Below, piece after piece: positions 24,620 through 37,390 of a stretch of DNA of 64,000 nucleotides (its first letter is position 1; each line of letters opens with the position of its first letter). The notes below the pieces were generated by a model. The model saw nothing but the letters and a program-made list of their open reading frames with translations, did no database searches and was not told where the DNA came from. Made by a program: the position numbers and the translations under genes. Source of the DNA: Ranitomeya imitator. Taxonomy: Eukaryota. The stretch lies in the NCBI RefSeq assembly GCF_032444005.1, contig NC_091289.1, forward strand, positions 24,614,001 to 24,678,000, given 5' to 3'.

Positions 24620-26558
24620 TCATCTGTTGAGTGAGAGTTGGTATGCCTCCTTTACGCCATAGATGTTTTACCGATGTTCCTGTCGAAGTTGGCCTTAATC
24701 TACTGAATGAAAAGACCTGAGTAGTCTCGAAAGCTTGCAATTTGTTGCCATCTTTTCAGTTCGCCATTAAAAGGTATCAACCACTGAGGACTCTCAGTTC
24801 TAAATATTTGGCCTTAATCTAGTGTGAATAAGCTTCTTCACTTTCATCAATATCAACCCCGGGCAACATGGAGAATCCATAGCATTCCTGGCTCTCTGAT
24901 CTACTCAGTAGCCATTTTCTGGTGTACAATGGGCAGTGGGCAAGCTTTGTTTATTATCTTGAACATTGACTACTCAACCCTTGGAGAAGTCCTCTTTCAA
25001 CCCAATTAATTCCACGGCGTTCCATCTACTTGGACACGTATACATATTCGAATATTGAAGATGAAGAGCATGGTGATCTTTCATTGGAAATAGCCATTAT
25101 TCTGTTGGCTGCTACAACTGGTGCCATCTAGTTAATAAAAGTTCGTCAGTGGTTGACTCTTCAACCACGTGCCAACAAAGCTCTTTTTTTATGCACCATT
25201 GTTTTTTAGACAGTCCATACAATCACAAATCGACTCCTTACTCTACTGTGGAGCACTGTTTTATAATGGTGAAACCAGCTGTCCCAGTGAAAGCAGATTT
25301 CCAGGCGAAACAAATACTGTAGTTACTACTCGTAGAGACAAATAGCTGTTCAGCCTGTGCCGCAGTTCGGAGACAGAAGATCCATTGTGCATGATCACGG
25401 TGCCGTGCCAACGTCTTGCTTTATTTCTGCACATCATAACAAACTGCTTCTAAAGTGTGGAAATCAGTGGATAAATTCACATGTTGTAATGGGGCCTTAC
25501 GTCTCTCCTCGCTGATTTTCCCGCTACATTACCTCTTCCTGACGCTGGTCGTGATGCCTTTTATTGATAACATCTTGTCCCGGACTTGGAAGTATTATGC
25601 GGAGATGACTTGAGGGAGAAGCCTATTTAAAGCCTCACATCCCACAGGCTAAAGCCTATTAGAAATTCTGCCAGGATTTCTGCAGTTATTTATCTGGAGC
25701 CTCTGCATCCTCTTGGCAGGTTCATTAGTATTTGGAATTAATAGTTTTCCACGATTAGTCGGAGTCCCGTAATAATGAAACTTAAAACCACGTGACCTGT
25801 ACAGTCCACCTCCGAGAACTAGGGTAATTATGAGATCTTTTACTATTAATCCTGGTCATGTTTGTTCAGCAGGATATTAGAGGAGCGGAAATAATACCGT
25901 AATAGATTGCTCAGTTTGGCTGGAGAAAAAGTAATGGTCATACTATTGGGAAAACGGAAAATAAGTTTTAGTTCAGGTCCATAATTCTTCTATAAAATAT
26001 GCATTTGACCCCAACTTTTTATTAACAGCATTCTCCTAATGAGCAGTTGATTACAGGAGGTCCTGCTGCTTGGGCTGCCTTCATTATGGAATTTTTGGCA
26101 GCAAGAGTACAATTTTCCTGCATCGCCACTACATCGGAAATTAAGTATTACACAATTCCAACAAATCAATGGCCTGTCAGTGTATGTTTGGCTCATAATG
26201 GGTCCCCCAGAGATCATCTGTGTCCAGTTGCCCCTGAAGATGTAGGTTATCCAGCGAAACATGTCATTGGCTAAGGCTATGACAATAAAGTTCAAGTTTT
26301 AGTATTATATTAGCAGAAGTAACACTATGGTCAAGTTTAGTAATTTTCTTTGTCCCAATGTCAATTGGGGACTTTAGGAAGGACTTTATCTGTTCCAATT
26401 CATGCTGTTTGCAGCTTCTTTTTTTACATAGGGTCTACCATTTAGGATAATTATCTGTTATCCAATGTATTAACCCTGAATATATGATATGGACCTTTTG
26501 GGCCCTCATAAGCACCAGGGTCTGGGTGTGACTGCAACTCCACCACCCATTATAGTTA

Positions 26559-27365
26559 CAGTGGCTTGTAAAAGTTTGGGCACCCCTGGACACAATTACT
26601 GTTGTTGTGAACAGTTAAGCAAGTTGAAGGTGACATGATCTCTAAATGTCTAAAGTGAAAGATGACATATTTGCTTTGTATTTTAGGCAACCATGGGAAC
26701 CCTGCACGGTTAGTACCTAGTAGCACCCAGTTTTGCCAATATCACAGCTTGTAAACGCTTTTTGTAGCCAGACAAGAGTCTTTCTATTCTTGTTTTGAGG
26801 AATTTTCATCCTTTCTTACTTGAAAAATTCTTCCAGTTCCTGGGTCATCTTGCATTCTCTGCTATTTTGAGGTCTAGCCGCAGATTTTCAATGATATTCA
26901 GATCAGGGGACTGTGAGGGCCATTGTAAAACCTTCAGCTTGCGCCGTTTGAGGTCGTCTATTGTGGATTTTGACGTGCGTTTAGGATCATTATCCATTTG
27001 TAGAAGCCATCCTCTTTTCAAATTCAGCTTTCTTACAGATGGTGTTATGTCTGCATCCAAAATGTGTTGATATTTCATTTAATCCATTGTTCCCTGTGCC
27101 ATTAGCGGCAACACAACCCCAGACCATGATTGATCCACCCCCATGATTAATAATTGGCGAGATATTCTTTTCCTGAAATTCTGTGCCCTTTTTTCTCCAC
27201 AAATCTCTTTTGTGATTGTGGCCAAATAGTTCTATTTTAACCTCATCGGTCTATAGGACTTGTTTCCAAAATGCTTCAGGCTTTTTCAGATGCTCTTCAA
27301 CTTGCTTAACTGTTCACAATAACAGTAATTTTGACCAGGGGTGCACAAACTTTGACATGACACTG
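26559..27365 (-). mobile_element. Internally deleted, degenerate Tc1 element (807 bp) of a second family
   Basis: TA on both sides; ~70-bp TIRs (CAGTGGCTTGTAAAAGTTTGGGCACCCCTGG...); frameshifted transposase pieces NHGGGSIMVWGC and QMDNDPKRT...SPDLNIIENL (D34E spacing). Confidence 0.9.
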
Positions 27366-27551
27366 TATGTTCCTGGATCTCAGTCTCGGATAGTCATATT
27401 ATTTCCAAACCTTTATTTCAGGAATGTGTTTTTTTTTCTTTGCTTGGATGAAATCGATACAGACTATTATTGGAACTACAGTATTGGATTGCTTTACATT
27501 TGCTTAAAAAGTAGAAAAATTGGCAATGAGTCTTTGTACTTTGTCACACAG

Positions 27552-27578
27552 AGGCCCCAGTACCGTGGACATATGCTG
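27552..27578 (+). other. Candidate 27-nt micro-exon
   Basis: TCTTTGTACTTTGTCACACAG|AGGCCCCAGTACCGTGGACATATGCTG|GTGAGC; frame-preserving, no stop within it in any frame. Confidence 0.3.
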
Positions 27579-28384
27579 GTGAGCCGAGCTGTGTTCTGTT
27601 TAATGTGATAACCAGGGTCTGTTCTCTCTATCTCCCACGTCCAAGGGAAACTGTACAGAACTCTGCGCTTGGCTTTTTCCTTCCTGCCCCCTCAGTTTTG
27701 TTTCCCACAAGACCAATGACTAGCTTTTAATGATCTGCCCATGGTTCTGGCAACAGTGCACTTCCAATTCACTCCAACCAAGTTATCTCTAATTTGGAAC
27801 ATTAACCGTTCGTTCCCTGGTCTCCTGTACACAAATTCCCAAAAGCAACGCCACATTTTCCCCCCTCGTCAGAATCAAGCTGTACCTTGCAATCTTCTTG
27901 TTGTTGACTTTTTTTGCATTAAAATTAGATATTTTTGTTTAGATAAACATGTAATTATAGTTTGCAGCTGAATTTGATTCACAAACTACAAATGAGTGTG
28001 CGCGCTGTAATGATGCCCATGGACGTGCGCACACAGCCCACAGCAAAACTATTTCCGAATAATGTTCCTATAATACAATCTGTCAGAGAGGATTTTAAAA
28101 TATCTCCTATTGTCCGGGGGCCTGATGAGTTCTTACACTGGGGAATTAAGTAAATCAATACTTGGAATCTTTCCCCTGTATTCGTAGAAAAGACTTGGCA
28201 GGGCAATTTACCGTACTCCTGTACACACTGACCACATTGTTGAACCGTTCCAGTATTTCAGATGAATTTTCAGAATAAGCTGTCGCATGTGAACATATGG
28301 AATAATACTATATTTGACCATCATATGCTTTTTAGCCCGCATTTTCACCAATTCTCTACTCTGCAGGCTCTATCTCTAATTTTC

Positions 28385-29060
28385 TGTTGTCTCTGAGCTA
28401 GTGGGTGCTGATTAGCTGCTTTGATATCTCTTATACACAGAACACACAGACACGAGGGATTCCTGTTTTCTCTAGCATGTCTAAAGAAATAGTAGTGGAA
28501 CCTAGGGCATTATATAGCAGTGTAGCTGTGAATCTAGCACTGGGTGATACAACATACTAACTTGAAAGGAGTAGCATGATCTGTCTGTGTCTTTCCTCTG
28601 CCTTTGTTTCTCTGTTGTCTCTGAGCTAGTGAGTGCTGACTAGCTGCTTTGATATCTCTTATATACAGAACACACAGACATGAGGGATTACTGTTGCTTT
28701 TCTCTAGCATGTGTTAAGAAGTAGTAGTGGAACCTAGGGCATTATATAGCTGTGTAGGTGTGAATCTAGCACTGGGTGATACAACATACTAACTAGAAAG
28801 GAGTCTGTGTCTTTCCTCTGCCTTTTTTCTCTGTTGTCTCTGAGCTAGTGAGTGCAGCCTAGCTGCTATGATGTCTACCATACACAGTAAAATGAGGGAT
28901 TCCTGTCTCTTTTCTCTATAGATCACATATTAAGAAGTAGCTGCAGCACCTAGGACATTATTTAGCAGTGTAACTGTGAATTTAGCACTGGGGATAAGAT
29001 AAAATACCAACTAGGAAAAAATAGCAGGATCTATGTGTGTCTTCCTTTGACTTTTTTTCT
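28385..29060. repeat. Diverged tandem repeat, ~3 units of 219-228 bp
   Basis: TTGTCTCTGAGCTAGTG at 28387, 28615, 28834, with shared internal motifs (GTGAATCTAGCACTGGG). Confidence 0.85.
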
Positions 29061-30432
29061 CACAGTGCTCCTCCCACCTTCACTCCCTTACTCTTGATAT
29101 AACATAGTTGTGATCAAATACCTCATTGAGCTTGACGTCCTCTTGTCTTATGTTTTTTTTCTTTGCGTGAATGATGAGATCATGATGTGGAGGAAGAAAG
29201 GAGAGGAAGTGGCTCATAAGAAGAGAAATAAGCTCACAAACATTAGGGATTGCTGCTCTCCTGTCTCTATGTAGCCCTTATCCATAAGCACTTGCAGCTT
29301 TGAGGACGATATACAGCAGTACTGAGCAGTATAGCTGTAAATCCAGCACTGGGGTGAGATAAACACTTACTAAGAAGTAACACAATCTGTCTCTCCGCTC
29401 TGCCTCTCTCCCCCCTCCCCTTTACATTTGAAATCTCAGCAAGCATGATGTTTTGGATTGATGGATTTTAGTTGTTTTTTTGGAGTCAATGATGTGTTGC
29501 TGTGTTTTGGAGGCAGAGGAAAGGAGACATGTTTCATGAGTCTACAAAAAAAAAGCTTAATTCTATGATGAGATATATCGCAAAGTGTCTTCTGTTTGCT
29601 GGTACTTTAGACTTATGCAACTTTAGTGAAATTACGGCATGGTAGGCAGGGCAAGAGGTAAAAATACTCCAAACCCTTAAAGGGGTTGTCCGGCCTTTGG
29701 ATACAAATATGCAGTCATTGTATGTGAATGTAGACTTGTGAATCTTCACAGTGTGCACTGTGCTCTATAAGGATTCGCCGGAGCTGGCAGTGGGCAGTGT
29801 GAGAATTCCATACTACCGGCCACATTCCGACTAGACATGGCCAGCCTCACTCAATACATTTGCATTGATCGAGGCTGCACATGTCTAGTCAGCATGTGAC
29901 TGCATGTATACAAATCGCATACACTGCAGACTGCTTGAGCATTCGCAATATGTTGACTTTTTGTACAGCTCACCTGTCAGCTTTGCTGTGTAGACCAGGA
30001 CAGAGTCAGCATATGGTGTTAATTTCAACTCTGTTGTACTGCTGGATACCAAGATTAGGCAGGAAAGTAGTATAGTGGATGAAAACCTGTATGCAGCTCT
30101 GCTGCATTTTCTAGGAGGGAGGCTGTACTTCATCTCTTTCTGGAAACTAATAATCTATGGACATTTATCTGTCAACTAACTACTATTAATTGCCATAAAG
30201 CAAACACACCCTGTTGTGACGTCTCAATACAGAAAGAAAGTGTATATCTTTAAATGGACAGGTTTATAAAAATAAATAAAATAGGTACAACATTTTGAAA
30301 AAGTATGGCTCCTGTTCTGGCCAAGAGGCTAGAGGGAACTGTCTTTGCAATTTAAGGTTTTAGCAGTGGAAAGGGAAGGTACATAAGAAACATGCTAGTA
30401 GGAATTGACTTTTTTGCAGATTTGTGTCACAA

Positions 30433-30780
30433 TGTGACACGACCTAACGGGGGGGTGGGGGGGGGATCGGTCAGCGGATGGCGCAACACACACAACAGGA
30501 TGGAAATGGGGAGAGGAAGGCCCTACTGATAGGGAAATGGGGGATGGTCACCACCTGAGCTTAAACCTGAGCCTGTCCCTAAACTCCCCTAATGCCCTAA
30601 GTGGGTCCTCCCCCCCCCCATCACTGCTGTCAGGAACCTTGTCCCTCGCAGTCACCTAGCACTGCCCTGGCTAGTGCACTGTCTGGCAAGGGGCGCTAGC
30701 CTCACCACTGCAGATAGTGCCACACAGGGGGACAGTGACAAACACAAAAGGGACAAGGAACAAAAACAACACTTGCAGAA
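30433..30780. mobile_element. Truncated LTR-like fragment
   Basis: Starts TGTGACAC; GC/purine-rich body similar in style to the 21148 LTR; other end not found. Confidence 0.4.
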
Positions 30781-31787
30781 TTGTTACCAATGGAAATATA
30801 TTTTGTTAGGAATATAACATTGGAAATTGTGTGAAATTATTCTTGTTTCTTTTATGCTTTAGATTCATTGTAGAAAGTTTGCGAAAGGATATTCGTAGAT
30901 GTGTGCGCAGAGAGGTTATATTCAAATATATGGAGATGGATGATTTACAAGTGAAGTGTAGATGAATTTACAATGCAAAAGCCTCAATAACCGGAGATGT
31001 GGACACCTGACGCAATAGATGGGGTGTCAGCGGAGGTGGTTGGCAAGGTTGGATTCAATATGGTGGAAAAAGCGATGAAAATATAAAAAAACAAATTGAA
31101 AACCTAATCCATTTTTATAACGTCCTTGAGCTGTAATTCTCGTGTGTCCTTGTAAACGGACATATAGAGGATTCTGTGATTTTATATGGTGGCGTCTGGC
31201 AAACTGAATCCTCCAATTGATAGCAATATCCATGATTAAATTACAGCTCCAGAGACAATATCAAAGGGATTGTGGCTATACACAGATTGCATAATTATAA
31301 TAATAATTGCATGTTTGTTTAGGTATGAAACTAGACTTTGCATGTTTAAAGGGGATGTCCACTTTTGAATAATCCCTTTTGTTTGGACGGTTCATCCAGT
31401 GATAAGCTAATGATAGAGTTATCAGCTGTAATTACTGGGGAACCTGACAGCGCGTGTTCAGTTCTCCTACAGCGCCTCCGCAGGGGAAATGGAATATTAC
31501 ACAGTTCATTGATGCAATGCTTGGATGTGATTGTCCTACAGGATTCTGAATGAGAGATCTTGTAGATCAGAGTTATCAATTTAGGGATATAATGTTTTTT
31601 TTCCAACCCCTATGTTGGGTGTGGGTGTATAGAGCAGCCCACGTGCTGTCTGTGCTTTACACAGAGATCTGATCACTGCTGTTTAACCATTTCAACGCTG
31701 CTGTCAATCAAACAGCAGCGTTTAAATAAGCCAGTTGCCTGGCACAATCATTTTGTTGCCCATTGCATACCTTCACCACCACCAGGA

Positions 31788-32300
31788 CAGGGGTCTCAAA
31801 CACGCAGCCCGTGGGCCACATGCAGCCTCTGAGGATCCGTTGTTTAGCCCTAGGGCCCCGGAGACAGTGGCGTCCAGCGATCCAGGGGCCATTGATGTCT
31901 GTGCTTCTTATCAACCAAATGTGGGTCCTCAGACCTACTCTCTGCACCGCGGTACCAATAGCTATGGACCAATCAGAGGCCAGCAGTGGATGTCAGCGTC
32001 CTGGCGCGGCCGCTCATGAAGTCATTGCTAAACGCCACCCCGGCTGTGGAGGGGGAAGAGGACGCTGTTTGCCGAGGGAGCGAGGTCAGGTGAGAAGAAT
32101 TTTTTTTTATGTGTATGTAAAAAGCAGCAGAATGGGGGACATTGTAACGAGGGTGTGGACATTTCTACAATATGGGACAAGGATGGGGACATTATTACAA
32201 GCTTAGGGCCATTATTAAAGGATAGGGACATTATTACAGGATGGGGGCCCGAATTACTATATGGGGATAATTGTAAACCTATATTTCTGTATGCGGCTGA
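31788..32300. mobile_element. Left part of a hAT-like non-autonomous element
   Basis: Begins CAGGGGTCTCAAAC, a typical hAT terminus; matching right end not seen. Confidence 0.4.
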
Positions 32301-33108
32301 CTGGGGGAACAAAAAAGGAAAATTATAAATGTAAAATAAAGAATGAAAAAATAATGGAATAATATTTGGCAGTAAAAATGCTGCTTTATGTACACATTGA
32401 AGTAAAAGAGAAGACCTGTACCACCATAACCCATGTGATTAACTACATTAAAATACAAGTCCACTCTCAACTTTATATGCGGAAAAATAAAGCTACGGGT
32501 CTGAGAAAAATAGTGACATCAATCACATTTTTTTTTTTTAACCGCATTAAAATATAAATATATATATAACAAGGTGTGGTCCCTGTACTCATACTGATGA
32601 AAAGAATCGTGTTGCCAAATAATTTTTATTCTACAATGAGCACAAAATGAAAAAAAAAAAAACAACAATATAATGGCTGAATTATTTTGTTTGTTTATAC
32701 GTTAAACCACTTGGCGTTTTTGACAGTTACATCATATGGTGAAATGAATGAATGTGATTCCAACCTTCAACTCCTTAAAAAACAAACAAAAATAAAAACA
32801 ATCCCTGGTATGGCTGTGTTGGTGGAAGAATATATAGTTGCTTCTCTTGGAAGAGGGGGAGGAGAAACGAGGATTCTTCCCCCACCTCAGGACATTGACC
32901 GGTAAAGATACAAAAGTTTGGCCAAATTTAGTGATAAGTGAACGTGCTAACCGATTGTCTTCTTCATGATTGCAAAAATATGTTCGAGTCCCCGCGGCTG
33001 CATGTCTCGCGCCTGTTTGACAGCCACAACATATGATGCATGGATTGTCTGTTTGTTAGGCTATCCCTGCATGCGTCTTTCAACAGCCGCGAGACGTGCA
33101 GCCTCGGG

Positions 33109-33815
33109 TGTCATGACACAGGACGGGGTTTTTCTTCCGTCCTGGTCAGGTAGGGGTTAACCCTGTTTAGCCTCTCTTTGGTTCTGCTGCTGACCTGGTT
33201 CTGTGTCAGTGATACTTTTGCTTACCCTGCTTGAGTTGTTGACCCCGGTTATCGTTCTGATTTTGTTGTGCCTCTGTGTGCTTGTGTATCCAGTGTATGA
33301 CCCAGCTTAGACTCTGTTTCTGCCTCTTGATTCGGTACCGCTCTGTACTCTCTAGTTCTCACCCCTGGCTCTGTCTTGTTCTTTTGTCCTGCGCTCCTGT
33401 CTAGCTACCGACCTCGGCCTGTCCCCCACCATCCTTCTGTCTCGGCCCTGGCTTCTGCTCGTCTTCCCGGCTTCTGACCCCGGTTATCGTTCTGATTTCG
33501 TTGTGCCTCTGTGTGCTTGTGTATCCAGTGTATGACCCGGCTTAGACTCTGTTTCTGCCTCTTGATTCGGTACCGCTCTGTACTCTCTAGTTCTCACCCC
33601 TGGCTCTGTCTTGTTCTTTTGTCCTGCGCTCCTGTCTAGCTACCGACCTCGGCCTGTCCCCCACCATCCTTCTGTCTCGGCCCTGGCTACTGCTCGTCTT
33701 CCTGGCTTCTGACCTCGGTTTGCCTGACTACGAACCCAGTGTTCACCTTACTATCGGCTCTCGTCCGTTCTTGGAGCTTGGCTCTGCCCCCCCCCAGTGC
33801 TTTCCCGGCCGTCAC
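33109..33815 (+). mobile_element. LTR-like sequence with a 235-bp internal tandem duplication
   Basis: Starts TGTCATGACA; GACCCCGGTTATCGTTCTGA at 33241 and 33476, about 4 differences between copies; 3' end uncertain. Confidence 0.5.
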
Positions 33816-33879
33816 GTGATCTGCCAGGTCCTGCTCCGCTTTTCCTAGAGCACTGCGGTGTCCATGCATTCCATTGAAA

Positions 33880-34416
33880 TCCAAGAAGTATCGTTTCTCC
33901 TTGCGGAGATTGACGTGCTAAGCATGCCGAGATGAGGAGACTTAAAGCCGCAACGCTTCTCTGGGAAATATGCTAATTATGCAAATTGTCTCTTCAGAGA
34001 GGAAGAGAACTAGAACTCTAGAGCCACCTTTTGGAAGTAGCCATCCTACAAGTCAATGTCGACCCTTTAACGAGCCTTGTCAGTGCAAAGTGGAGATCTG
34101 GTTTGGCTGTGACAAGGCTCGTTACAGGGTTGACATTGACTTGTAGGATTGCTACTTCCAATAGGTGGCACTAAAGTTCTTCTTCTCTTCCTCTCTGGAG
34201 AGACAATTTGCATAAGATCCATTCCAAGAAGTATCGTTTCTCCTTGCGGAGAGTGACATGATAAGCATGTCGAGGTGAGGAGACTTAAAGCTGCAATGCT
34301 CCTCTGGGAAATATGCAAATTGTCTCTTCAGAGAGGAAGAGGACTAGAACTCTAGTGCCACCTAATGGAAGTAGCAATCCTAACAGTCAATGTCGACCCT
34401 TTAACGAGCCTTGTCA
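33880..34416. repeat. Direct-inverted-direct triplication of a T2-MITE end plus flank
   Basis: Direct copies 33880-34082 and 34223-34416; inverted partial copy 34110-34214. Confidence 0.85.
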
Positions 34417-35787
34417 CATGACCTAGGATAATAGCCAAACCAGAATCTCAATTTGCAGACACTGTGTTTCGGGGTACATAAGATCCATTGAAATACACAC
34501 ACAGTGTGTGTGTGTCTTTACAACGGGGGCTCAAACATATTTTTTGAGCACACCGAAGACACTCGGTTAGCGCTCAAGCATGCTCAGATAACACCTTATC
34601 CCAGCACGTTCGCTCATCTCTAGTCACGTTGTAACATTGCAATTTCCATGTTTTTTTTTTCCAGCCACATACAATTCTTTTTGTAAAAAGAGAGAAATGC
34701 AAATGTAACGCAGCAGTGCGCCACTCTGCTCATTCCGATGCTACATCTATGAGTTGACTTGCGAGGCTTCGGAGAATGATAATGTGGCATGAATCATACC
34801 TATTCAGTACTTTGTGAGCTGCTGCAGGATCCTAAAGGGGAGGGGGACTGTGAATAATCGACAACCGGCTCGCAACGATCTTCAGTAGCCAAAACGGAGT
34901 TCCAGCAAACCCGGAATTTAGCAGATCTCGCCCTTTTTTATTTAATTGGTCCCACTACTGCATTTATATAAGGTTGCAGTTTGCCTCTCCGGATAAACAC
35001 CCTAGGGATGGATGGGCCCATTAAAATGAATTTGTCGACCTCATCAGCCATCCTTCGTGTCGATTTTTAGCTTTTTCTTAGACGTCTTTGTATTCTCTGC
35101 TAATCCTAGATCACAGGACTGCTGTGTATGAGGATGTATAAGAATGAAGCAGATAAGTGGATAGCCCAATGGCAGCATATATTGATTTTGTTTTGTTTTT
35201 TTTGCTTTATTCCCCATGGGGACTTCTTTTGTTTTTTTTGTTTGATCGCCACCTTCGGTTTACAGCTCCTCAGAGGGAAATATCCAACTCTTCATCCTTG
35301 GGTTTATGAAAGGTTTATATCATAGACTGACTTGTAACCGTTCTGTTAATATTGTATTGCCCCCATGGTCCCAGAAGGAACGATTGATAGCGATGCGGTT
35401 ACATTATTGATAAACTGATTTTTTAAATTTTTTTTAATGCCCTTATTTTTTTTTTTTTTCTTTTGAACATGGTTTCATGTGACAGATTTGTTCACAATAT
35501 GTAAACATACCATGTACATTTTAGGAAATGCTACTTTAAAGGGGTTGTCTACTACTTATTTATTATTATTTTAGCAGAAATCCTATGGTGGTTTAAAAAA
35601 AAAAAAATTCAAGAATAGTTGTCAACTGAATAAGCCCTTCGTCATTAACTATCTTAAATAGTAACTGTATTTTTTTTTAGAAAAAAAAAGATTCACAATA
35701 AATATACATATGTATATAAAATAAATACTGTATATATTTGTATAAAATAAATATATATATATATGTATATAGACATTCCTTGTAAAA

Positions 35788-35916
35788 NNNNNNNNNNNNN
35801 NNNNNNNNNNNNNNNNNNNNNNNNNNNNNNNNNNNNNNNNNNNNNNNNNNNNNNNNNNNNNNNNNNNNNNNNNNNNNNNNNNNNNNNNNNNNNNNNNNNN
35901 NNNNNNNNNNNNNNNN
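35788..35916. other. Assembly gap (129 N)
   Basis: Run of N. Confidence 1.
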
Positions 35917-36897
35917 TTAGCACAGACCTGTCTGTCCAATACTTAATGAAAAAAAGCATAATTTATATTCTGCGACTGGTTTACAAAGTTTGACTATGTA
36001 TGTAAGATTCTTTTCACATAGAAATAACTTCTATTTATAGCTGCGTCCTTGGTGCCGGGCATGGAGCTGAATATATTCGACAGCCTCCCATCATCAGTGC
36101 ATACAATGAGCCTTTATACGCCCACATTTAAAAGGTGTCCTTCGTATCTTTAGAAAAACACAAACAAACAACAAAAAAATCACAAAAGGAGATGAATTCT
36201 TATTCTGGGAATCCAACAACATTGCCATTTCATATAAACCTACACAAAAATGGAGCTCAATTACTCAAGAATTAAACCTAGCGATACTGTGTTTTATAAA
36301 TAATCAAAAAATTAATTTTATTATCTCACACAAGAATAAATCTTCGGGTAACAATGACCCTGAATTTTAGACAAAGGACAAGTGTACATGGGAAGGAAAC
36401 AAGAAAAAAGGGATGCACTACAGGTTTAACATGTCACTCAAAAACATGCATCAGAAAAATGGCATTAGTTATATCTGAGCCTGAGCTTAGTTAGGTCCAG
36501 AGACCGCCGCTTATCTGTATAACCAAAACAGATGAATACCATCCTATGTGGATGCCGTGAAGTCTCTTCATTATCCATGGAAAATCTCTAAAGTGCCAAT
36601 AATCGTGCAGATGAAAATACTAATAAACTTTCTCTATCTTACACATATGGGAGAGTGACGTGTCTAGCCGTGTGTAGCCATTGCCCCGACGCGCGTTTTG
36701 CGTTGTGGGCTTCTTTGGGGGGCATTGCCATTTCAGAATGACGTAATAAGGCCATACTTTAGGATCCATATGACATCCAAGCCTTGCAAGGACCTACTGA
36801 ATTAAACAGCCTTTAATTTCTTCTTACTATGCGAGCCTGCGCACACAGCTCTATCTACTGAGTACTGCGGTGCATGTAATGAATGAGGTCTGTAGCA

Positions 36898-37228
36898 CAG
36901 CCCCATGTCTCCTGTGATGTCTGTACTTCAGCCCCATGTCTCCTGTGATGTCTGTACTTCAGCCCCATGTCTCCTGTGATGTCGGTACTACAGCCCCATG
37001 TCTCCTGTGATGTCTGTACTACAGCCCCATGTCTCCTGTGATGTCGGTACTACAGCCCCATGTCTCCTGTGATGTCTGTACTACAGCCCCATGTCTCCTG
37101 TGATGTCGGTACTACAGCCCCATGTCTCCTGTGATGTCGGTACTACAGCCCCATGTCTCCTGTGATGTCTGTACTACAGCCCCATGTCTCCTGTGATGTC
37201 TGTACTACAGCCCCATGTCTCCTGTGAT
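36898..37228. repeat. 31-bp minisatellite, 10.7 copies
   Basis: CAGCCCCATGTCTCCTGTGATGTC(T/G)GTACT(T/A) with exact 31-bp period. Confidence 0.97.
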
Positions 37229-37231
37229 ATA

Positions 37232-37390
37232 GAGTCATGGCCGAAAGTGTTGGCAACCTTGAAATTTTTCCAGCAAATGAAGTATTTCTCCCAGAAAATT
37301 ATTGCAATCACATATGTTTTCTTATACACATATTTATTTCCTTTTTGTCTACTGGAACATCAAAAGAAAAAAAGCCAAATTGGACATAAT
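37232..37390. mobile_element. Tc1-type TIR fragment
   Basis: TA|GAGTCATGGCCGAAAGTGTTGGCAACCTTGAAAT... resembles Tc1 termini (CAGT...AAAGT..G.CACCC); no partner end seen. Confidence 0.5.

Larger units (their letters stand above)
32929..34622. mobile_element. hAT-type MITE (TAGTGATGAGCGAAC family) expanded by nested insertions
   Basis: Left TAGTGATAAGTGAACGTGCT, right AGCACGTTCGCTCATCTCTA; uninterrupted relative at 60460-60692; TSD weak (5/8). Confidence 0.55.
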
